64,000 nucleotides of DNA from Iphione sp. A-MEVVRFRX5 (Eukaryota): positions 152,644,001 through 152,708,000 of the forward strand of contig OZ320313.1 of the NCBI GenBank assembly GCA_976226885.1. The letters run 5' to 3'. Of the stretch, positions 50,641 through 64,000 are shown in pieces. Each line of letters opens with the position of its first letter. Position 1 is the stretch's first letter. Both the position numbers and the translations under genes were made by a program. Under the pieces are notes generated by a model. The model made no database searches and was not told where the DNA came from. It saw nothing but the letters and a program-made list of their open reading frames with translations.

Positions 50641-53600
50641 AATCGTAAAACACTAACGTATTAATATGCCTTTTTCATAGAAATACTACAGTAGAAGCGT
50701 GTATCATTAGCTCTTGGTTTAACATTGTCAATACGACGTACGTAAAGCAGAATGGTATTAAGATATGAATTATCTGCTGGACCGGAAAGATATCATTCAT
50801 TCTCGGAATTAATGAGAACAACAGGTAAGGCATGATACAGTAAATGGATATCACAAAGTTGCCACGTCGGCTAAGACGTTATTTTCATGGAGGGGAATCG
50901 ATTATCTGAGGATAAGTGGTTTTACTCCGAAGCTAAGCAATGAAGCAAACTGAGATCAGTAGACATTCAGAGAACAACTTCTAGTTGGATATTAACAGAT
51001 GTTAACTTGCATTTCACGGGAGCTCCACCTTCTTTGTGGATGTAACTGAGGGTTCACCTAAGGCACCAGGTCTCCTTTTAGCAGTAGAACAGTAGGACAA
51101 CTCGGTCGCACCCCAAAGGGTTCAGAGCTTAGTCACATCATTGACTTTTAGCAGTAGAAGTTACAGATTCGAGAATGGCATTCATATTCTATGATAAGGC
51201 CTAAACCAAAAATATTTATGTTTCTTGATTTTTTTCAGTAACTATAGAATGAATAATGTTAGAGACAAGTTTTATACACCAAATTATTCCTCAGGTTATT
51301 GGCTTTCATTTGGCATCAGTTGTATTAAGATCTAACTAGTGTGACCCACTGACCGGCCCTGTATTTTTTCAGCTTGCCACCGAAAACACAGAACTTTTTT
51401 AAGGCCTAACTGAGAAACCAGTAATGATAACATTTTCAGCAGTCTGTATGTTGCTGAGTGATTTTGATTCAAAGGTACTCACCGATTTGCAATACCAATG
51501 TTTATACTCTCAGTATTTATCAAACGTATAGCTGTTAAATATGTCGAACAGTTTGATTAGATTACTTTGACCTTCATGTGGTTCAACTTTTACTCTCCTA
51601 TATCTATCTTCTGTGAATTTTAAATATATGCACACGAGTGGTTCGCAATAAATTCCAGGTTGCTATAAAGGTATCTATGGGAGCACCTCGTCCATGATGA
51701 AAGCAGTTTTCTTTTACGTTCTTGACACGTTTTCAAAAGTAGACAGACCTTGCCATGAAATGATCGCAAAATTGACACCCACCTATAGACCAATCGTCTT
51801 TGGTATACAGGAGACACAAAATGTCCCTTTGCTTTGGAGGAATCACCTAATTTTCAGATTGCTTTATGTGAATCGCTGGCTTGTTGGTTGGTTGGTCAGC
51901 AGACATCGACTCATTTTGGTCTTGTTTTGGGCGAAACACTGGGGTCCAGTGCCCGCCTAGCGTTATCCGTACGCGTAGCCCGCAGTCCATTAGTATTTTA
52001 CCGCCAAGTAAATGAGTCATATGCTCATTCTGTGACATTTTCTGTACCACGCAATGAGATAACCATAGACTGAGGAAACAGCTCGTCAAATACACATGAT
52101 CATTGTGCGTAATGCACCGCGGGCCCGTCAAAATATACATACATACATCGCCACCGGGCGATTATTTGTCCGGGAAACGGACAAATGAGTTCGCAGTAAT
52201 ACATTTCACTGTTCAATCAAATTAAAACATTTAGAAGGAGGTTTTTTGAATCTATGAATCTTATTCCAAGCTGTTCTTATATTGCAATCTACTACTGTCT
52301 TAATCCTAATTACTTCAAAAAGAAATTGTGCCTATTAAAACCTGTCTGCAACAAACCAAAAGTACTTCCTCGTTACTGAACAAATCAGGTAAAGCACAAA
52401 GCAACAGAATACCAAAACTATCCGACCACCTCGGTAATGAACTGCCCACGCAGAAGCAACTTAGAAATAACCCGTCACAAATGGAATAAAAACTTTCAGA
52501 TTCCATATGTATGTGTACTACACCCATTTAAGGTATAGAATGGAGGCACAGAGCTCTTTAACCGTTATCCTCGCAGTCCTTGTCCCCAACACGTTGAAAG
52601 CAGTCAATTAGCTTACTCAGAAGTACCTATGCCCTCTTCCCACATGCTTAATCAACAGAGTTCATCAGAGCAAGTAACTTCATTCCGGTCAGCCGATCCA
52701 AAATTGGAGAGCTTAGTCGAAATTAATATCTGCGCCTCATTTTACTGATTTAGTCCTTGTTGTTGTCCCGTGCTGCCTCCTCTTTAATCTGCACCTCGAT
52801 GTTACCGAAAGTAGCTCCGAAAATTGAAAAAAATTATCGATTCTTACCTATAGCAGTTGCAGCGGGTAACGCAAAAGGTCTGGCTTGAAGAGCTTTCAGG
52901 AAGATTATCATCTCTTTAGCCCGTGTGACACCGTCGTTAACGTGCGTCTCTTATTCCACCTGACCTTTCTCTCTCGTTCCACGACCCAACAAGCAGCCCG
53001 CACTTTAATCCAATTCAATCCACGCAGGGACTCTAAGTGGTCAGGGTGGATTATATAATGGTAGCGGTGGCTATGGGCGATGGACTGGTTAAATATGCAA
53101 AGCTTTCATATTATACTGTGCCTCAGATTCACATACTACGATTCTCAAACGGATATGAGGGCCAGTACGAAACTGAATGCCTCGACACTGATCGTACAGC
53201 CGCCATATTGTTACGCTGACTGGCAGTACGGCCGTGATCAGTTCGGAGTCATCTTCACAGCTTGGCCGAGTGAAAAGGTAAAACCAGGCACGCAGAGAGT
53301 AAGACGGTGTGAGAGTCGGAAACACACACGGAGAACAAATGAGACGGAGAGTGACCAAGTTAGATCAAGAGACACGTGGGGAAGGGAGCAGTGTTCAAAC
53401 AAAGATATTCAGAGGAAACGACAGTGAGCGAGACAGAGTGAGAAAGACAGAGAGGAACATTGACAAACACGACAAGAACACAGCGGAGCGCTTGCTGTTA
53501 CCATTAGTCGATAGCTTTTATGGAATGATATAAAATATATATACATGTATACTAAAATTGCTGTTACTACTGAGCGGTCACTTATAACATTTATCCTAAC

Positions 53601-56317
53601 CAATATTCGTGGGATATATATATTAAAATTTATAACAACAATCAATCAACCGATCAGTCATAATATTTCTTTGGTGTTACTTACCAATACGATTTACACT
53701 TGGTGACTAGGTTTATAAATTCGTAGGAATAAACACGGTATTAGGAAACCAAGAGCAAACGGAATAGTGGAAGAGAGACAAAGACAGAGAGAGACACTGA
53801 GGGGTGGGGAAGAAGAGGCCCAGAGAGAGAACTGGAATAAGGGGAAGAAAGAGAGAACAACAAAGAGAAACAGAGAATGACAACAGAAAGATAGGTAATT
53901 ATATCGAGATCTTTTTTTGCACTGGGCATCCAATGGTGCCAGCTCCATGTATAATTTGTTGCGATATATCCAATGTTTACTATATACATATATACAGAAT
54001 AAAGAAAATCGAGACATTATTGTGAAGAGACAAAGTGGGTAACAATAGACTATGTACAATATATACAATATATACACACAGGATACAGTTACAAGTCAGG
54101 TTATAAGCGTTAAACAGGGTAAGTGAATAAACATACATAAACAATTTAGGAGACTCCAATTCTCTCTACTCAGTCGATTGAATAATTCCTGCTTCACCTT
54201 CTTCTTAAACAGCTCCTTCTCTGGAGCTTTTAGCTCATCACCAAGGTCATTACAAAACCGAAAAGCGTTGTACTCTGGATCGTACCTATAACATGCCTTT
54301 TTAACTACTTTTTGTGGCAGACATGCCTTCCTAAATCGTGTCGTTAATTTAAGGTATATTCATGAATTTAGCGAACAGTCTTTTGTGAAATATCGACAGG
54401 GAGTAGTATTGGTTTCTTCGCCCTAGTGGAATAAGGTTCGGAATATGTAATAAAATGACCTGTCGTGGCCGGTCACATGCTGCAGGCCGAGTAGCCCAAT
54501 TCATCTTCTCTAACCCATTTCATTATACCATTGACTTGGAGATGACTGGTTATGGCCGCTCCTCTGGGGCAGGGAATGGGGAAGCAACAGTCATACATAA
54601 GCCCGTCCCACGTAACTCGTGCTGTTAACTACTATACGGACCCTCACCTTCAATGGGTGGCGTATTGACCGTACAGTACTCCGCGCATAATACGGAGAGC
54701 GTCAGGATAAAGTCTAATATGGAACCACTTCATGGGCTAACCGCGTTTTCCTTATGCTAATCGGTAGATAATATTATGTATACAGGACCGACAGAGTAAA
54801 TGATTCCACGTTACGTTCAGTCATCATACGTCTTACGGTCGATGCTGGGCGGTGTTGCATACGTAACCTCCATAACATATCATAACGGAGGCATGGCACT
54901 GTTTGCATGCGGCAAATTGACAAGTACATCCACTTGTTTTCAGACGAAATGCACCCTGTATTAACGGAAGTGTTTATCGTCGTCACATGGCCTGAGGGGT
55001 TTGGGAACCGATCATCAAGCTTATCACAATGTTGACCTACAGGGGGTGCCAAACGCCCTCTCCCCCACCACCATCCATCCGGATTCGGCCTGATCGATAA
55101 CATCGATCAGCTCACTTTCCTTCTCAGGACTCCTCCTCCGCCACCAACTCTGCTTATGGGCCCCGAGCTGCTCCAAACCGCTCGTTTCTCCTGCTCGTCG
55201 TGTGCCTGTGCTGGCTGTCATTGTGTACAGAAGACGAGGGGGGAGGGGGAGACCTCTGAATGCCCTTTGACTGTGGTGTGAACTACGAGCCACACCCTCC
55301 GCCTGCTTCACAAAGCATAGCAGAGGTGACATGAAATAAAACAGGAAATCAGTAGATAGAGACGGAGGAGGTTACAAAGCCAACCCCTGCCTATTAGTCG
55401 AACGTGTCACTACCTGTATCATTATAACACCTGTACTTCTTAAAATAATCCACCTTTACGGTAGCTTCAATATACCTGAAGATTTCTTTTGGCAATTTAA
55501 AGCAAAATCATGTTCTCGGATCGTGTTCTGCACAAATATCCATCTAGGTGAGTCATATTTTTCATGAGCATTATACCAAGTGGTTTATAAGGTCTATTCT
55601 ATAAAGTAAGGAACGATTACAACATCCGTACATTAAAAACTCATTTTCGTACATACACAGATCCCAACACCATCTTGCACAGCTCTCAATTTGATACATT
55701 GTATCGATTTGCGACCACTCACCTTCTCTAGTCGTCACATTAAAGTTCGAAGTTTGAAAACTTAAATTCACATCTCGAGCAACATGCATAATAGGTCTTC
55801 CAACGAACATGAAACCGATAATCAGGACAATAAATAAAAAGTATATGAATAACAAACAAAAAACAAACTACGTATTTATTCAGTATAAATCATAGTCATT
55901 AAGGGACATGTCTCCTCCAGACCTTGACATGATGCTACAATACAGGTATACTTCTGTTTACGAAATAGATGTTTTCCTTTATTTCACTTCTTTTGGAAAC
56001 TTTGATATCAGAGGTAAAGCATTGCAGCAAAAGTTTTAGAATTTTGCTTTGAATTTAATCAGAATCCATCTATATTATCAGACCGTATGTTTCTGTGTAT
56101 CTCCTGCCATTTCAAGGCATACTTGGTGAAATACTTTGCTTCAATATAGCCCCAGGGCACATTATCTATGCTAAAAAAAACTAGCTTTATTGTAAAGAAC
56201 TTTCGTTCTGAGAAGATTCGTTAATAGAGATATATGTGTAATCGCAACACCTGTATCATACAAATCACACTATCTCTTCTGTAAATAACATCACATCCTT
56301 CCGTACTGACGGAAATA

Positions 56318-56380
56318 ATCTTTCAAGTTGAAAAACGGATATCTTTTAAGTTGAAAAACGGACATCTTTTCAGTTGAAAA
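56318..56380. repeat. ~23-bp tandem repeat, 3 copies
   Basis: ATCTTT.AAGTTGAAAAACGGA. units. Confidence 0.9.
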
Positions 56381-57466
56381 GTCTGTTCTGTATATCACAT
56401 CAACAGGTCATACAACAATGCTTGCACATCCCTCCCACGAATTCCTTTGAACTAAAACCTCTGAAAAATGATATTTTAGACTATGGAGGTTCATTTACAT
56501 GAATATGCCGTACCACAGTCTGCCCTAACAGAAGGCGGACTGTACATTTTATTACAGCTAAGACTTGTGCCAGGGCAAGTTTCGCTATACTACTCACTTA
56601 TCTAAGATTGGACAAAGAGCCCGTATGGGCTGGAATCGGCTTGTCCTATAGACTGATTTTAGAATGAGAGCCCCAGCAAAGAATGGACTGGCCTGCATGA
56701 CTCTGACGTACGCCTACGTCTTGTGACTGTATTACACTGACTATCCTATACAAAGCCCCCGAGGATTGCTGAAGTATTTCATAAAACAAGGGCATGGTAT
56801 AGCAAGACAACTGTAGATGCTTGATATACACATACATTCACTAACAATAATCACGCAACTGGGACAGCCATGTATTAGATACGGATATTTAAAGAAGCGA
56901 AATGAAAGGCGTGTTTGTATACTTTTCATGTTCTTGTGAGTAGCTTTAATGTGTTTCTTCCTAAAATCACTTATTGTGTTTCTAACACAGCACTGTTATG
57001 TTTTTATCTGTCAGTAGACTGTGTGTCAAGTCCTATTCAGATCATATGATGCTTACATAAAGGAAAATGGAATTATAAAGCAACTGAGAAGAATACTTAG
57101 TAAATGATGAATCTAAATAAGGGTTTTGATATTTCACGTAAATATAATACACGAGTTCACTGATGAATCACAAAAGTGAAGCAACAGGAATAAAGAAATA
57201 GCCTACTGCTGCAAGGCTATTCTACAACACACCTGTTTGCTTCTTCCATAAGCCGACTGCTCCAGGGCTAGTCTAAAAACACACCTGCTTGTTTCTTCCA
57301 TTGTGGTTTCATATAAGTCCTAAATGACAGAATGCATGGGCATAGATATCGCGGTATCCTTGGTATGGATAATAAGACAAATGCAGCCATGCAATTAGCC
57401 CGAGGCCTAACCTCAGTGGAAGAATAACCTATGTAGAGAGAAGCACCCTAGGAGGATCCGTGTTAA

Positions 57467-58526
57467 CCCCTTAAGGACCACCCATAGAGAAATGTGCCAA
57501 ATTTGGCGCATACTTGAGGCTGTTATTTTGTTAAGTCTATTACATCATGACATTCATTTTTTGTCAAATAAGGTTAGACTACAGTTCTTCTTCAAATATA
57601 AAGAAAGAATAAATCTTTAGAAATAGTTGTGATTTTAAAAAATGGTCACATGACCTTGGAAATATCATAATTTGCCCCGAACGCCACAAATACCACTAAC
57701 CACACACACAATGAATAGTGATTCCTCAAACTTTGTATGTAACTCCATAAATTACTATATATTTTTACATCTGACTAAAATATTTCCCTTATGCTTTCAA
57801 TATATTTAACTCTTTGATTGATTTAACTTTTATCTCTTTCATCAAGAAAGATAAAAACATAGCATAAATCAGTGCTTTAGCATAGCTTGCCTGATGTATA
57901 TGCATCAGCATCAGGTGATTTTAGCTAAAAGGTCTATATACACTGTAGACTATGGGACTTGTCCTCCTATGGTTTTTTCAGTCAAATAAGTATATAAAAA
58001 CTTTAGTTCTATGAAACCTTTACATGTATGACCAAAATAAATGCTTAAGTCCAATTTTAATTAATACTATCATCTCCTCAAAGTTACTATTGCTGCATCA
58101 GTGATGCAGCTTATGCTTACTTTTGATGCAGCACATACAATGACCTAGATCATCATAAAAAGTAACCCTTTCTACACATACTAATGATTAAGGTATCAAA
58201 ACATTGCAAATTACTTGCTCTACACTTTTGCAATTGAAAATTTTTCTGTAAACCTAATATTTTCCAAAGTTTTATGACCAAATTTATGAGAAAGACAAAA
58301 TTTGATGTCACTTCTATGAAATTCTGCTGTTGTCAAACCCATCCTGTTGCCATGACAACCAAGTAATTAAGTGATCATTGATACTAAGTTAAACCCACAT
58401 TTCTAGGGTTTCTTTTGATATATCACATGATATTGTATGTTATAAAATACTAAGTACCATAGGAGAAATACTTTTTGAACATCATTTCCATTACAAAAAG
58501 GTCATTTTTGCACGGTCCTTAAGGGG
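57467..58526. mobile_element. piggyBac-type non-autonomous element (MITE), 1060 bp
   Basis: TTAA at 57463-57466 and 58527-58530; 13-bp terminal inverted repeats CCCCTTAAGGACC / GGTCCTTAAGGGG; AT-rich non-coding interior. Confidence 0.9.
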
Positions 58527-58787
58527 TTAAGGGACTGAGAGGTCTATACACTACATGCAAGCAATGGTGCTTGACAACATGATGTGCGACTGCCGTATTG
58601 AGGGGGACAATTAGGTATCACCTGTCGGCCAATTAGCCAATGTTCCAGCCCCAGTCGCAGGTTACGTATGGTACGTTTACACGCAGAGAGGTGAACGCCC
58701 CAGGTGTCCTGTAGCTATACATTGTCAGGTGCAATATATTGGGGAACTTTTCATATTAGCCGGCAGGATTCGCAGAGCCACACTCAC

Positions 58788-58811
58788 CAGACCCTCTGTG
58801 AGACGCGGCAT
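58788..58811 (-). CDS. Candidate first coding exon (MPRLTEGL), phase 0
   Basis: gtccaccATG Kozak-like context, 8 codons, then CTG|GTGAGT. Lies downstream of a GC box and CCAAT; phase matches the 44376 acceptor. Confidence 0.5.
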
Positions 58812-58829
58812 GGTGGACGGCGGGTGCTT

Positions 58830-59300
58830 GTAAAAGCAAGGGCGCGGTATCATCAGACGTTGCTGTCGTAAATGCACGATTACCAACCACACCGCCAACC
58901 ACTGGCTCTTGGTAACAAAACCTCCTTCCCCGTCTTGCATAGGGAAATCATTGAAAACGTATGAAGAACTGTTAGCTTGACAAGAGCGGGCGGGACCAAT
59001 GACAACGGACACGAAACACAGTTGCTATGAAGCTGTGCGCGGCACTTCATCTTGGGCACGTCACTGTCAGCATATGGCGTTTCTTAATTAACCCGCCGAC
59101 GGAACTTAATTATTGCCTCTCACGCCTCCTGCCGTATCGCCTCGGAAGGGGGGGGGGGCTTAGGATCTCCCATTGCTTTCTCAGTTTCTTCCGACCACCC
59201 ACTCCCACCCCGTTGCCCACCTCCTAGACCTCCCTTCCTCCATCTTAACGTGTTTATGACCGGGTACGACTCACGTGGTTAAGATCCCCATATGGGGTCT
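58830..59300 (-). promoter_or_regulatory. Promoter-like CpG-rich island upstream of candidate exon 58788-58811
   Basis: GGGCGGG 58988-58994 adjacent to CCAAT 58996-59000; CpG-rich; CT tract at 59630-59770. Confidence 0.55.
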
Positions 59301-61547
59301 GACGTAACCCTGTTTCTTGGTACTACTTTCTTACGAAGTACGACGATAAGCGTCACGACTACGATGTCATGGCTACTCCATCACTACACCTGTCCCCCTC
59401 TCTACACCTGTCGTCTCAATATTTCCTACACTCACCATGTTGGCTACGACTGTGAGAAATAGGGACCTGAAAGAAGTGACTGCCAGAGTAAGCCTCCTAT
59501 AAACGAGGGTTCTTCCAAAGCAAAATGAAAAGGTTGTAAAGGCTTTAGTAAAGGTAAATCCTGCCGAACCCGGGCAGACACTGTTTGATCCGGTTATTTT
59601 ACCTTCAGCATTTTTGGTCCTGGTCTACCCAGCGGTTCCCTTCTGTCTATCTCTCTTTCTGCCTCTGTCTCTTTTTATCTGCCTCTATCTCTCTGTCTCT
59701 CTCTGTCGCTATCTGTCTGTCTGCCCGCCAGTCTGTCTGTCTCTCTGTCTCTCTCTCCCTCTCGCTGGCCTCTCCATACTGAAAGCTTTCTTTTGTTTTC
59801 TTCTGAGAAACAGTAGTTGGGGGTATAAGTCTATAGGGTCGTGAAAGAGTGTCATGTTAGAGTGACAGCTCTCATACAATGCTCCCGTGACTACTGGTAC
59901 GGGGTTACAGTAACCATGGAGACTGTATACCGCATGCAAAACGCTCTCGGGAGGGAAGGGGAAGGAGGCTTGACTAGAGAGGACAGTCGTGGTAGCGAAC
60001 GTCAATATATCTCTGGAACACAGACAGGTTGTTTGATTTTTATAAAAACACCCGCAGACATGATATTATATTAGATACAGCCCACTCTGCCTCATAATAC
60101 ATCATATGCTGGAGTTGCACGTTAACTGATTTACATGATGGACGTCTACAACTTACCGCCAGTGCCGTCATAAAACTAAAACCTGACTCCTGCGCCTTAT
60201 GGCACCACTGCATTTTTTTAAAGAATTGTTTTCACCTAAGCTTTAAACAGCGACGTAGGTTTGTCAGCATCGCATGGAAACATTATGGTTATATTGTCAC
60301 TGTGGACCGTTATCTACCGGATAAAGTAGGATTATTTGTGCCGTTTTACAATTACATGTACATGTACATGGACATTTGTATACGCAACGAAATTATCACA
60401 TGCTTTATTACTCCTGTTGTTGTTGTATATCGTAAAGACCAATTATACTCAAGATTTGATCAACATTTGTAAATGGGATCATTTATAATCAATATTCCTT
60501 CGATATCCAATTCCATGACAAGATGTGTATCACCATTAGCGAAAAGGACACACAGGTTCATCCCAAAATGACAGGATTAAAAGCAAACAACCTGTATGGT
60601 TCTCTTGACACTGAAATTTCATGATTGGGCAGCGAACAGTTGATAATCAATCAATGAAGTACAAACATCGATAAAGTTTACACTATAGGAACACATAAAT
60701 GTTTTCCATGTACTTCAGTGAGTTAAAATACCCGTCACTGTTCGGTCTAGTGTGCGTTTACTACGTCAGTACATTCATGAACGTTACTAAAACTGAGTGG
60801 CATTTGTCAAGGTGAGATTCAGTAATGGGGGTCGGACACAGGTGAAAACAAGACCAGTTTACCTGTGAACTGTTGACGTTACCTCGAGAGACCGCTCGTA
60901 AGACGAACTCCCTATCTTCAACTGAAGTCTCGTAAAAGGTGGTGTCAAATGGTTGATATATCATTCAAATATGTGACAAAATATGTGTTATATGTGTCGA
61001 ATATATTAATGAAACTCGGGGGGATTTAAGTTGTATAAATTTGAATAAGAAGTTATGCCCCTTGATATTTCCTTACATCATCATCTTTGTTCCTGTAGGG
61101 TTAAGAAAAGGAAATCAGCCAATACCAGTTCAAAGAAAGTAGGTAAGACATGTTCTTGTATGACTGTGCACATAATGTGAAGTGATGATCTTCAGTTTTA
61201 TTGCGCATGGAGCTAGACCGCTGTGCACGTAAGACAACACATGGAGCAAGGCCGATGTGTATAACTGTCATGTTAAAGGGAGGTAAAATGATAGCACATG
61301 GGGCAACGCCGCTGTGTAGTCGACATTTAAGGCATAATATGGTAAGTTCGTAAAAATCAATTTTCAGTGCATAAGACTTGGCAAACTTTTCAAACATTTC
61401 GTTGTTACTTTTTCATATATAAGCTGTTGTCAGTGTTATGGAGGATCGATTTACATACAATACTGTAAAATCGAAATCAATAGAAATAAACGATTAATAA
61501 AATATTCCTAAACCATCAGGATTACTCTGGGACTGAACTTGCTATCT

Positions 61548-61715
61548 NNNNNNNNNNNNNNNNNNNNNNNNNNNNNNNNNNNNNNNNNNNNNNNNNNNNN
61601 NNNNNNNNNNNNNNNNNNNNNNNNNNNNNNNNNNNNNNNNNNNNNNNNNNNNNNNNNNNNNNNNNNNNNNNNNNNNNNNNNNNNNNNNNNNNNNNNNNNN
61701 NNNNNNNNNNNNNNN
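61548..61715. other. Assembly gap (168 N)
   Basis: Run of N. Confidence 1.
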
Positions 61716-63572
61716 GACAACAGCAACTTTATACTTTTGGATATGTTAGTCTGGATCTTTCATGACGAATAAAACTATACATGCAGATTCTAAATGGCCA
61801 TCCACATAAAAGAACATGTTAAACGGATGTGTCAGTACAATGGAGAGGGCCTTTGTTCCTGTGTAACTTAACCTTTCGTTTTCGCCTTCATGGTGCTAGT
61901 CTAACCAGGCATTCGGCAATCTTTTTTTATGTATATTCAGAATATTTGTGTAAATTCACTGTAACAGAGCTATTACCAGAGACGATCCTGAACTTGTTGA
62001 ACTTAACAATAATTAAAAATGAAGGTATCAATATTGTGGCACACAAAGACCACAGTCTTGTACGTGGCGGTTGTTTAGCTGGCAACATGTTGATGGACTC
62101 TTACTGCTGCATGCATTTACTGAAGCAGTCCAAACGGTATAACGCCGCAAAACAAATATTTACGTCTGACTAAGATACTGGTCCTCTGTCCTCTGTAAAC
62201 CACAAAAAACATATGGAACTCTTTCTTGAAGGGGGGGGGGGTTCTAGTGTACAGCTTTCGGAAGACATGAAGGCGCAAGTATTGGAATAGCGAAAAAAAA
62301 TCAAAGGCCATCATATTTCTTTCTATATAAACGTCCGTGACACATACACAAATAATTTTTACATAAACCTGTGTCTTCATGAATGGATAATTATGTAATC
62401 TATGATTTTCTGGTTACGAAATGATATTAATATTCACCCGGGAATGATTAAAGTATATTTAACATTAGATTACCCTGGAGTCTGCTAAATTAGCATAAAT
62501 CGCGTGTTTGTATATCAAATAGCATCTCTATTCACATCAGATATTACAATTACTCCGGGTCCTCTTCCTTAATGATGTCTGCTAATCTTATACCCTTCCG
62601 ACGTCATACGATTTATGGGGTAATGATAATTCAAAATTAACGCCCCCCTTGGACTCAGCGAAGGTGTCATTCAATATCCGGTTCTACATCACATATCTTT
62701 GCTATGAACACAAAGGAAACGTTTACCGAATAGTTAACTTGAGACTACCCTGGGGCCGGCTTTATCATTAGTCATGTATTACCACATTTTCACAAAGGCG
62801 TAATTAATTTTTAAATGTTAAATGGTACTATAGGTAAAAGTATATGACAACACCACTTCCATTGCTTATATTTTAGCTAATGATATAAGGAATACAATGC
62901 AGTATAGTACATGTCTCTATCCTCATTCACTGCTAACATATTCAAAAAGCAAAATAAAATCTTCCATTGACACCAAAATCAGGGTCGTTTGGAATCACAG
63001 ATCCTTTTTTACTTGGCCCAAGTTATCATTTATATTTTACTACGTAAAAGATTGTAAACATTAGATTGTAAAAGTTACAGTTAAGCCTATTCTTGGGCTT
63101 TCATAAGGTAGTCTATGCATTACTGAGATGAAAGTGCAAATTAAGTAGTAATGGGTATATAGTCTACGGCGAACCTTGCTAATCCAGTAGTATAGTTGTT
63201 TGTATATCATGTAAAATCTTCATTTTTTTCCATAAATGTGGAACGTAAAAAGCTTATCAATATGTTTTTGTCACCCATTTCCTATCATATAAGTAACAAT
63301 AAAATTATCACGGTTGTCAACACAGACCATTTTGAATGTGTAGTATTTTAGATCTTATCAAAACAAGAGTGTGGACCTGGGAGGTCTATTGTCCCCTGCC
63401 ATCAACTGCCAAGGTGGGTGGGAGAGAGAGAAAGAGAGAGAGATAGGGAGAGAAAGAGAGAGTGAGTGTGTGTATGTGTAGTGTCTTTTTCTCTTTACAA
63501 CCATCTTAATTGGCACCTTGTTTTAGGGTGGATGGATGGGCTTGTTTAAGTCCTTCAGGTTTACACCCCTTG

Positions 63573-63620
63573 GTTCTGCCTGACTGAGCACACAACCCTC
63601 AGTTCTGCCTGACTGAGCAC
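63573..63620. repeat. 19-bp direct repeat GTTCTGCCTGACTGAGCAC x2
   Basis: Copies at 63573-63591 and 63602-63620. Confidence 0.95.
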
Positions 63621-64000
63621 CAAACTGCTACATGCTGATACTGGTAGAAAGGAGGTATTGGTGAGTGCATGTGTGTGCATTGTCAGACTTAGAATTCCCT
63701 AAACCAGTATGTATGTTTGCAGGTGTGATAGCAAGAGTAAAATTGGCAGAATTTCACTTTTAAATACTTGAAATACTAACAAAATTAACAAATGCCATGG
63801 GGCCATGTGTATATATATATAAATATCATATATTAAAATCAGTTTTTTGAGTGAAGGGCTTGAGAGTTATAAGACCCACAAGACTGTGATGGAAGGTTGG
63901 GACACCAGCCAGCAGCACTCCTAAGGTCCCACCCCTCTATGAGGCAGGGGACAATATACTTTACTTTCACCAACTCTGCTTAGTACTTTGATGGCTAAAT

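Noticed and set aside
1-64000. Scattered partly open frames as a degraded endogenous large DNA virus (herpes/nimavirus/Polinton)
   Set aside because: In the one long frame I counted (~34020-34790) stops occur about once per 20 codons, as expected for random sequence; no polymerase, terminase, capsid or integrase motif was found.

Overview
This looks like animal genomic DNA, probably from an invertebrate. CpG is not strongly depleted, (GA)n/(TG)n/(TA)n microsatellites are abundant, and the tRNA-Asn body is vertebrate-like, so a deuterostome such as amphioxus is a guess. There is no prokaryotic content, no CRISPR array and no long ORF; nearly all ORFs in the supplied track are microsatellite read-through or chance. 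The best-supported coding feature is a 311-nt minus-strand exon (44066-44376) with AG and GTAAGT boundaries, encoding a Ser/Pro-rich N-terminal segment that I could not identify. Two upstream CpG-rich islands each hold a short ATG-to-donor phase-0 exon that would join it in frame (58788-58811, 49595-49657). Most of the window is therefore probably large introns and the regulatory landscape of one multi-promoter gene whose remaining exons lie elsewhere. Also present: a variant tRNA-Asn(GTT), a complete TTAA-flanked piggyBac-type MITE plus a decayed relative, a Penelope GIY-YIG fragment, several motif-rich promoter/enhancer-like islands usually abutted by GA/CT tracts, a perfect 42-bp palindrome, small tandem repeats and a 168-nt assembly gap. 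All motif and family calls are by eye; no searches were run.
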